Shown: positions 8,517 through 15,044 of the stretch, piece by piece
Layout: each line of letters begins with the position of its first letter
Position numbering within the stretch: position 1 is the first letter of the stretch
Assembly: GCA_027451385.1 (NCBI GenBank)
Contig: DAIDJJ010000002.1
Span: 1-46,395 of the forward strand
DNA length: 46,395 bases
Direction: 5' to 3'
Origin: Spirochaetales bacterium
Lineage (GTDB): Bacteria; Spirochaetota; Spirochaetia; JABEVK01
The notes under the pieces: generated by a model
Seen by the model: only the letters and a program-made list of their open reading frames with translations
Told to the model about the DNA's origin: nothing
The model's database searches: none
Program-made: the position numbers and the translations under genes

Positions 8517-9197
8517 ATGCTGCAAGTCTCATTTCAGGAAGACCCCTTCCGAAAAAACGGGAAAACGATATCCCGTGTCGTCCAAAGGGAAACAGTACCC
8601 TTTAGTGACGTCGTTTCGTATATGTCCCGAGGCACCTCGGCGACCGTCAATGACATGACTTCGGTCATGAACCATTTCAAGGACGCCTTGGTGTACTTCA
8701 TCTCGGCGGGGCGGAACGTTCAAACGCCCTGGGGAACGTATAATCTGTCTCCCCGGCGCAATGACACCAGTGTCCGCAACGTCGACAAAACCAACTTTGT
8801 GATTCGTCTGCGGCCCAACACGGAAGTGGCAGATGAAATTCGGAACCAACTTCAGGTCGAAGTCGTGGACACACCGCCCTTACGAATCCCCTTGATCTAT
8901 AGTGTTCATAATGCCGATACCGGCGAAGACAGCAGTACCGGTAAATCCGGCGACCTAATCCTACTTTCAGGTAGCCGTCTTAGCTTTAAAAGCTCCAACC
9001 TAGATGAGGGAGTTTTTTGGGTCAACGAAGCTGGGGAAGCGTTACGAAGTAGTATCTATGGAAAGCTGGGAGGGACGTCCGTAATCTGCAAAATTCCGGA
9101 AATTCCTCCCGGTTCTTATCAGCTGGCCGTGCGAACTAAGCCAAGTAAGACAAGCCGTGAAGGCGTGTGGGAAACCCCCTTTCTGATCCAAGCTTAA
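8517..9197 (+). CDS. HU-like DNA-binding domain protein with a C-terminal DUF4469-type Ig-like domain (family call from memory of the architecture)
   Basis: AGGAGG at 8506-8511 sits 5 nt before ATG 8517. The N-terminal part (ISRVVQRETVPFSDVVSYMSRGTSATVNDMTSVMNHFKDALVYFISAGRNVQTPWGTY) looks HU/IHF-like. The C-terminal part (LSGSRLSF...EGVFWVNEAGE...ICKIPEIPPGSYQLAVRT) resembles the DUF4469 pattern. Confidence 0.55.
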   Translation: MLQVSFQEDPFRKNGKTISRVVQRETVPFSDVVSYMSRGTSATVNDMTSVMNHFKDALVYFISAGRNVQTPWGTYNLSPRRNDTSVRNVDKTNFVIRLRPNTEVADEIRNQLQVEVVDTPPLRIPLIYSVHNADTGEDSSTGKSGDLILLSGSRLSFKSSNLDEGVFWVNEAGEALRSSIYGKLGGTSVICKIPEIPPGSYQLAVRTKPSKTSREGVWETPFLIQA

Positions 9198-9214
9198 CCG
9201 CAAAGAATTCTTCT

Positions 9215-9239
9215 AGGGCCCTACGGGGCCCTTTTTTTT
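9215..9239 (+). terminator. Rho-independent terminator
   Basis: GGGCCC (9216-9221), loop TACG, GGGCCC (9226-9231), then T8 (9232-9239). Confidence 0.8.
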
Positions 9240-9268
9240 GTCATTTTTGACGAAATTCTTACAACACC

Positions 9269-9297
9269 TTGACGGGAAATTCGCCATAACCGAGAAT
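9269..9297 (+). promoter_or_regulatory. Candidate sigma70-type promoter for the HMA-nqr transcript
   Basis: TTGACG (9269-9274), N17, GAGAAT (9292-9297). A second TTGACGAAATTC copy lies 22 bp upstream (9247-9258, compared with TTGACGGGAAATTC at 9269-9282). Confidence 0.4.
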
Positions 9298-9369
9298 AAT
9301 GAACGGAGGGTGCCGTATATTTAATCCTGACTGCTTTACACAGACTTAACACGGCATTACATTGACACT

Positions 9370-9618
9370 ATGAAAACTGAAGATGACGAAAACAAAGGGG
9401 TCGCTTTTATGCTTCTGGATATGGACGGGGCCACCTGCACCAACTGTGTCCGAGCTGTGGAACATGTGGGCCGCAAGCTGAAAGGCGTACGCGACATCTC
9501 GGTGAATCGGGACAACTCACAAATCAACCTGACCTATGACCCAGAGTCAACAGCGGTTGAGTCCGTAGTCAACCTGGTCTCCAAACTCGGCTACACGGCC
9601 GTGCCCCATCGGGAGTAA
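9370..9618 (+). CDS. Heavy-metal-associated (HMA) domain protein, CopZ-like metallochaperone fold
   Basis: MLLDMDGATCTNCVRAVEHVGRKLKGVRDISVNRDNSQINLTYDP...LVSKLGYTAV matches the HMA ferredoxin-like fold, with a CxxC metal site (GATCTNC in place of the usual GMTCxxC). Confidence 0.7.
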   Translation: MKTEDDENKGVAFMLLDMDGATCTNCVRAVEHVGRKLKGVRDISVNRDNSQINLTYDPESTAVESVVNLVSKLGYTAVPHRE

Positions 9619-9661
9619 ATCCCTCGTCAAACGTTCAAGCCACACCAAGCGAGGAGGAGCT

Positions 9662-10939
9662 GTGCCAAAAATTTCTAGCTTTTTTATCAAACAGGACCCG
9701 ATGCGGCGGGTTTTGTATGCCCTAATCCCGATTTTTCTTTGGTCCACCTATTTATACGGCTGGCGCGTGCCTCTCCTAACTGCTTTTGTCCTCCTCTTAG
9801 CCAGCGCGGCAGAGTTTGTTTTTGAGAAAAGCCGTGGAAAAAAGGTCACCGAAGCGGTATGGGTTACCGGAGGACTTTTTGCCCTCTCCCTCCCCCCGGC
9901 AGTGCCGTTTTGGGTAGCTGGCGTGGGGATTTTCTTTGCCGTCATCATTGGTAAAGAGGTCTTTGGCGGCTTTGGACGCAACCTTTATAACCCTGCCATC
10001 ACGGGACGAACCTTTGTCTATATCTCGTTCCCCTTGATGATGCAGACGACGTGGATGATTCCTGGGAATTTTGCTATCGGAGGTTCCATGAACCTTCTGG
10101 TTCAAGGCTCCACCTTCCCCGAAGCTGTGTTTATGACATTATTGGCCGCAGGGTTATACTGGTGGTTTGTTCGAAGTGACGGAAAAACTGGCCCCATCCT
10201 TCGAGGTTCCATCGTCGTTGTTGCGCTCACAATCGCCTACTATGTCATTACAGCTTATGTATTTCCGTATACCAAGGGACACGCTAACGCCCTCAGCGAC
10301 TTAGACGCTGTGGCGATGGCCACCCCGCTGGAAGTCTACCGGGGGCTGGCTCAAGCCCATGACTGGCACCGCACGGTTTCCCTCTTTGGCATGACCTTCT
10401 CGCTGGATACCAACAATCCCCTCGCCCTCTTTTTGGGGTTACGGGTTGGTTCCATCGGCGAAGGCCCCATCTTCTTAATCATTTTGGCTGGTTTGTACTT
10501 GATGATCACGAAAACGGCGAACTGGCGCCCCCTCATCTGGACTTTAGTCAGTGCCATTGGCTTCACCTTGCTCTTTTATTTAACCGGAATGATGGATGCT
10601 CGGTTTCCTGTTTTTGCCGCCCATCGAAGCGGGGGAGGTCTTGCCCAACTGGGCGACATCGCAGGCTTCTTAATGTCTGGCTCTTTGCTCTTTGCCGCTG
10701 TGTTTATGGCGACGGACCCTGTTTCAGCCCCTAAGAAGCCACTTTCCCAAGCCATTTACGGCATCATCATTGGTAGCCTCACCATTACCATTCGAGTTTT
10801 CGCCGGCTTCCCGGAAGGGGTGAGCTTTGCCATCCTGACGGCCAATACCTTTGCGATGCTCCTCGATGAAATTCTCCCCCCCAAAAAGAAAGAAGCCCCA
10901 GCTTCCAAAACAGCCGCTAAGGCGGGAGGTGAAGCATGA
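9662..10939 (+). CDS. nqrB: Na+-translocating NADH:quinone oxidoreductase subunit B (NqrB/RnfD family)
   Basis: Polytopic membrane ORF of 425 aa with GKEVFGGFGRNLYNPA and FMATDPVSAPKK blocks. GTG 9662 follows GAGGAGGAG. ATGA overlap with nqrC. Confidence 0.85.
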   Translation: MPKISSFFIKQDPMRRVLYALIPIFLWSTYLYGWRVPLLTAFVLLLASAAEFVFEKSRGKKVTEAVWVTGGLFALSLPPAVPFWVAGVGIFFAVIIGKEVFGGFGRNLYNPAITGRTFVYISFPLMMQTTWMIPGNFAIGGSMNLLVQGSTFPEAVFMTLLAAGLYWWFVRSDGKTGPILRGSIVVVALTIAYYVITAYVFPYTKGHANALSDLDAVAMATPLEVYRGLAQAHDWHRTVSLFGMTFSLDTNNPLALFLGLRVGSIGEGPIFLIILAGLYLMITKTANWRPLIWTLVSAIGFTLLFYLTGMMDARFPVFAAHRSGGGLAQLGDIAGFLMSGSLLFAAVFMATDPVSAPKKPLSQAIYGIIIGSLTITIRVFAGFPEGVSFAILTANTFAMLLDEILPPKKKEAPASKTAAKAGGEA

Positions 10940-11664
10940 GATTCAATAAAGACAGCCACGTCTTTACTATCCTATTTACTTTTGCGGTGACCTTGATCTT
11001 GGTGTTTCCCTTAACCCTCGCCTTTGTTACCACCAAACCCATCGCCGACAACTATTGGCGGTTACAGCACTGGGTCAAAACTTTACGTTCCTTGGGTTTA
11101 CCTGCGGATCCGGCACATCCCCACCAGGCGGAACTGGCCTACAAGGCCCTGAAAAAGTACACCGTCAAGGGATCTGTGGATTATGACGCCGTCAAAGCTA
11201 ATCCCCAGTCTCTTCATATTACCAGGGTTAACGACGAAGTCATCAACAAAGCCCTACAGGATACCAGTTATACTGGGAACCTCCCCATTTTCTTTTATTC
11301 CACGGTCGTAGATGGACAACCCCGCTGGGCAGGCGACTTTACTGGTCCTGGCCTCTGGGGCAACGTTTCGTTAGCTGTGGGGGTGAATGCCGATGGGTCT
11401 AAAATGACCGGAGTTCAGGTTTTGTTTAATGTTGAGACGCCTGGGTTAGGTGGACGCATCGGAGAGCCCTGGTTTACCAACCAGTTTACAGGTGTTGAGA
11501 CGGGCCAAGGTGTGATCTTCAACCCCAGTGGTCAAAAACTCCCCAACGGTATGGATGCCATTGCCGGCGCTACCATTACAAGTACTGCAGTCCGGGATAT
11601 CTTGAATAACCGGGCTCTGATTCTCCTCAAAGCCTTTATTGCCCAGAAAGGGGGCCGTTCATGA
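10936..11664 (+). CDS. nqrC: Nqr subunit C (FMN-binding)
   Basis: N-terminal TM anchor and an FMN_bind-type domain with the flavinylation motif MDAIAGATITSTAV. ATGA overlaps on both sides. Confidence 0.85.
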   Translation: MRFNKDSHVFTILFTFAVTLILVFPLTLAFVTTKPIADNYWRLQHWVKTLRSLGLPADPAHPHQAELAYKALKKYTVKGSVDYDAVKANPQSLHITRVNDEVINKALQDTSYTGNLPIFFYSTVVDGQPRWAGDFTGPGLWGNVSLAVGVNADGSKMTGVQVLFNVETPGLGGRIGEPWFTNQFTGVETGQGVIFNPSGQKLPNGMDAIAGATITSTAVRDILNNRALILLKAFIAQKGGRS

Positions 11665-12314
11665 GCACACCGACCTTCCGCCAGGTCACTAAAGAAAATC
11701 TCAGCGTAAATAACCCGGTCATTGTTCAAGTTCTGGGTATTTGTTCGACGCTGGCTGTCACCAATAAAGTGGTGAACACTTTAATCATGACTGTCGGGGT
11801 TTCTTTAGTGACAGCCTTTGCCAGCTTTACCTTAAGTTGGATACGACATTTGATAGCCCGCCGGGTCCGCATGATTTTTCAAGTCCTCGCGATAACCTTT
11901 TATGTTGTTCTGTTTCAGCTGATTCTCAACGCCTTTGCACCTGAGGTTGCCCGCTCCTTGGGGCCCTACGTCGGCTTAATCATTACCAACTGCATCGTCA
12001 TGGGGCGGACAGAAACCTTTGCCCCCGCCAACCCCCCCCTCATCTCATGGTGGGATGGTTTTACCAGCGGTATCGGTTACATGGCAGTTCTGGTACTTTT
12101 ATCGGTGGTTCGTGAACCGCTGGCCTTTGGAACAATAGCCGATTTTCCCATTTTCCCCCCGCAGTACGTTTCTGACGGCTACAACTGGACCATTGCCATC
12201 ATGGCACCCAGTGCCTTCTTCCTTGTCGCCATCATTATGTGGGTATTTAAGACGAATAGCCTCAAGAAAGAGGCGGCGGCTAAGGCCGCTCATGCTACAG
12301 GAGGGGCTGTATGA
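11661..12314 (+). CDS. nqrD: Nqr subunit D (NqrD/RnfE family)
   Basis: 217-aa six-TM protein with the QVLGICSTLAVT block typical of NqrD/RnfE. Position between nqrC and nqrE. Confidence 0.85.
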   Translation: MSTPTFRQVTKENLSVNNPVIVQVLGICSTLAVTNKVVNTLIMTVGVSLVTAFASFTLSWIRHLIARRVRMIFQVLAITFYVVLFQLILNAFAPEVARSLGPYVGLIITNCIVMGRTETFAPANPPLISWWDGFTSGIGYMAVLVLLSVVREPLAFGTIADFPIFPPQYVSDGYNWTIAIMAPSAFFLVAIIMWVFKTNSLKKEAAAKAAHATGGAV

Positions 12315-12901
12315 GCTACGTCGATCCGATTACGTTATTGTTTGCTTCGATTTTTACTTCCAACATTATTTTGGCAAACTTTTTAGGAACTTGCTCGTTT
12401 ATTGCGATTTCAAAAGATCTGAGTTCTTCTAATGGTTTAGGTATCGCGGTCATTGTCGTGCTGGTTCTTTCCAGTGCCATCAGCTGGCCCATTCTTCACT
12501 ATATTTTGATCCCGTGGAACATGATTTACCTCGACCTTTTTGCCTATATCATTGTTGTTGCGGCTGTGGTACAGGCCCTCGAGATGATCATCGAACGGGT
12601 CAGTCCGGCTCTCTACATGAGCTTGGGGATCTACCTCCCCCTCATCGTGGCCAACTGTGCTATCTTGGGCGTGGTTCTGTTTATGGAAATTCGCAACTAC
12701 GATTACATGCAAGCCCTGATTTTCGGGCTGGGCTCAGGAATCGGCTGGTGGCTAGCGATCATTTTAGCGGCGGCCATGCGAAAGAAAATCGACAAGTCCA
12801 ACGTTCCCGCCGGACTCAAGGGTCCAGGAATTACCCTGATCACCATGGGTCTGATGGCCATGGCTTTCGTCGGCTTCTCTGGAATTTTACGAGTGCAATA
12901 A
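12311..12901 (+). CDS. nqrE: Nqr subunit E (NqrE/RnfA family)
   Basis: 196-aa six-TM protein with NIILANFLGTCSF and LPLIVANCAILG blocks typical of NqrE/RnfA. Confidence 0.85.
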   Translation: MSYVDPITLLFASIFTSNIILANFLGTCSFIAISKDLSSSNGLGIAVIVVLVLSSAISWPILHYILIPWNMIYLDLFAYIIVVAAVVQALEMIIERVSPALYMSLGIYLPLIVANCAILGVVLFMEIRNYDYMQALIFGLGSGIGWWLAIILAAAMRKKIDKSNVPAGLKGPGITLITMGLMAMAFVGFSGILRVQ

Positions 12902-12914
12902 GGAGAGTCTGCAC

Positions 12915-14042
12915 ATGTTTTCTCTATCGACTTTAGCAACGCAGGCCCTACTGATCGGCGGCGTCAGCGTGCTCATGGCCGTCATGATTTCGGTCATTGA
13001 CAGCATCGTCAACAACTACGGTGATGTGCAATTGGACATCAATGGAAAAAAACAAGTCACCGTCAAAGGAGGGTCAAAACTTCTGGGGACTCTGGCCGAC
13101 CAGGGAATATTTCTCCCTTCTGCTTGCGGTGGCCGTGGGTCCTGCGGGGCCTGCAAGTGTCAGGTCAAATCGGATGTCGGCCCTCACCTCCCCACCGAAA
13201 CCCCCTACCTCAGTAAACAAGAGCTTCAGGAAAATGTTCGGCTTGCCTGCCAAATCAAAGTGAAAGCCGACATTGGCATCGAGATTCCCGAAGAGCTATT
13301 CAACATTCGCAAACTAAGCTGTACCGTAGAAGCGATTAACAACCTCACCTACGATATCAAAGAAGTTCGACTGAAACTTCCCGAAGGTACCGACTTGAAC
13401 TATACCGCCGGTCAGTACGGACAGCTCGAGGTTCCTCCCTATGGGGGCATCCGCGAGCCTTCCGCTCGGGCCTATTCCTTTGCCAGCGCTCCCCAAGAAA
13501 AGAACAACCTAGAATTCCTCATCCGCTTGGTTCCTGGGGGAACGGTTACGACCTACGTTCACAAGTTCCTTAAAGTCGGCGATAAAATCAATGTGGTAGT
13601 TCCCGTCGGAGATTTCCGCGTTCATGATACCGAAGCCGCCATGATCTGTGTCGGGGGCGGGTCAGGTATGGCTCCTTTCCGCTCGATCTTTCGAGATATG
13701 GAAGCTCGTGGGGTCTTGGATAAACGGGATATTTGGTACTTCTTTGGCGGTCACTCGGTAAAAGACCTCTATTTTATGGATTGGCTTAAAGAATTGGATG
13801 CCAAATATGAACGTTTTCACTTTGTGCCTGCTGTTTCAGAGCCAGCCCCCGGCGAAGTCTGGGAAGGCAAACCGGCCCGCTTAATTGATGTTCTGGCTCA
13901 GAAGTTTAAAACGGAAATTCCGGCCAGCCTCCCCAAGGAAGGTTACCTTTGCGGATCACCGGGAATGTTGGACGCCTGTATGGAAATCATGCGGAAAAAC
14001 GGCATGACAGATGATAAGATATACTTCGACAAATTTGCCTAA
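12915..14042 (+). CDS. nqrF: Nqr subunit F (2Fe-2S ferredoxin plus FAD/NADH reductase)
   Basis: N-terminal TM helix, plant-type 2Fe-2S motif CGGRGSCGACKC...LACQ, FAD motif RAYSFAS, and NAD motif GGGSGMAPF. Confidence 0.9.
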   Translation: MFSLSTLATQALLIGGVSVLMAVMISVIDSIVNNYGDVQLDINGKKQVTVKGGSKLLGTLADQGIFLPSACGGRGSCGACKCQVKSDVGPHLPTETPYLSKQELQENVRLACQIKVKADIGIEIPEELFNIRKLSCTVEAINNLTYDIKEVRLKLPEGTDLNYTAGQYGQLEVPPYGGIREPSARAYSFASAPQEKNNLEFLIRLVPGGTVTTYVHKFLKVGDKINVVVPVGDFRVHDTEAAMICVGGGSGMAPFRSIFRDMEARGVLDKRDIWYFFGGHSVKDLYFMDWLKELDAKYERFHFVPAVSEPAPGEVWEGKPARLIDVLAQKFKTEIPASLPKEGYLCGSPGMLDACMEIMRKNGMTDDKIYFDKFA

Positions 14043-14054
14043 GGAGGGTCTGCC

Positions 14055-14519
14055 ATGAAGATGACGGAAGAGCTCAAAAAGGCCCAGTCCAACTTGGTAC
14101 CTGGTGCGATTGTAGAAGAAGGGTTTTTGGGGCACGATAAAAGGTCGCTGGCGGATATCATCCAGCACGATGAGGAAGCCTTTGCCGAACACGGTCTGTC
14201 CTGGGATACCGTGGCTGAACGCCTCAAGTACCTTCTCACAGAGGGGGAAAAGGGGCTGGGAGAACCCGTGACCGTAGACGGAAAGTGGCGGGTTTTTGTC
14301 TATGAAGCTCGCGGTCAATTTGCCTGCCCCTGGGAAGACGGCCTGTATCATAAAGATTCTGTAACCGTTCAAAGGTTAGAGGGGGGTCATCCTGTCGGAG
14401 ACCGCCTGGTCTTTAACCAGTTATGTATTCATATGCTAGAAAAACATCACTTTCTCGAGGGCCTTGGGTCTTCATTTCGTTTGCATCCTGCGGCACTTCG
14501 CAACGTTTTAAACCTCTAA
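14055..14519 (+). CDS. Hypothetical 154-aa soluble protein co-transcribed with nqrF
   Basis: TAAGGAGGGTCTGCCATG junction 12 nt after the nqrF stop. The terminator comes only after this gene. I recognise no family. Confidence 0.6.
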   Translation: MKMTEELKKAQSNLVPGAIVEEGFLGHDKRSLADIIQHDEEAFAEHGLSWDTVAERLKYLLTEGEKGLGEPVTVDGKWRVFVYEARGQFACPWEDGLYHKDSVTVQRLEGGHPVGDRLVFNQLCIHMLEKHHFLEGLGSSFRLHPAALRNVLNL

Positions 14520-14542
14520 GAACGACTTTTCCTAATAAATTG

Positions 14543-14564
14543 GGGGGCTTTGGCCCCCTTTTTT
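14543..14564 (+). terminator. Rho-independent terminator ending the nqr transcript
   Basis: GGGGGC (14543-14548), loop TTTG, GCCCCC (14553-14558), then T6 (14559-14564). Confidence 0.75.
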
Positions 14565-14780
14565 GGTTTTCTAGGTTTCAACCTTAACATTTTTTAACAC
14601 GTAATTTACTTGTAACATGACAAAAATTTTAGATGCGTGATATTCAACCTGGGTCTACTGTAAATCATCTAGCCAGGGCCTTACATCTTCTAGTCACATT
14701 TTGCAAACGTGTGATTTTCAAAAGCTATGTATCAAAGTTGAGGGGAACGTTTCTTCTCATATTCTTTTCAGGAGGTCTCT

Positions 14781-14990
14781 ATGACTATCCTCCCTACTGG
14801 GCTTCTTAAGAAGAGCCTAAGCCTCGCGGCTTTTGCAGGACTTCTTGTTTTCAGTTCCTGCCAGAATCCCACGGCCCTGACATCTCAAAATCAGGTTCCC
14901 GCCTCGCGAAATGTGGCCCCCACAGGGACCACCATTGGGTATTCTCATCCTTCGTCTGGGGCTTTTTCTCCGGTCAATCCCTCCAGCTGA
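14781..14990 (+). CDS. Lipoprotein signal peptide plus linker; apparently the N-terminal segment of the downstream GH13 gene, cut off by one in-frame TGA
   Basis: AGGAGG sits before ATG 14781. The lipobox is LLVFSSC. This ORF is in the same frame as 15045..17702, with only the TGA at 14988-14990 between them. Confidence 0.5.
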   Translation: MTILPTGLLKKSLSLAAFAGLLVFSSCQNPTALTSQNQVPASRNVAPTGTTIGYSHPSSGAFSPVNPSS

Positions 14991-15044
14991 GCCACCTCCT
15001 CGTGGGGGCTTGGCGCGAGCTTCCCCAACGGCGCCGGCGGAACC

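Noticed and set aside
12437-12939. ORFs of 78-140 aa overlapping nqrE on both strands
   Set aside because: They are shadow ORFs inside a gene with clear NqrE/RnfA motifs.
14988-14990. TGA as evidence of a reassigned genetic code (TGA = Trp/Gly)
   Set aside because: TGA clearly terminates many well-delimited genes here (kdpA, kdpB, bioF, bioG, bioC, the NusG paralog, the NUDIX gene). A global reassignment is therefore excluded and only a local event remains possible.
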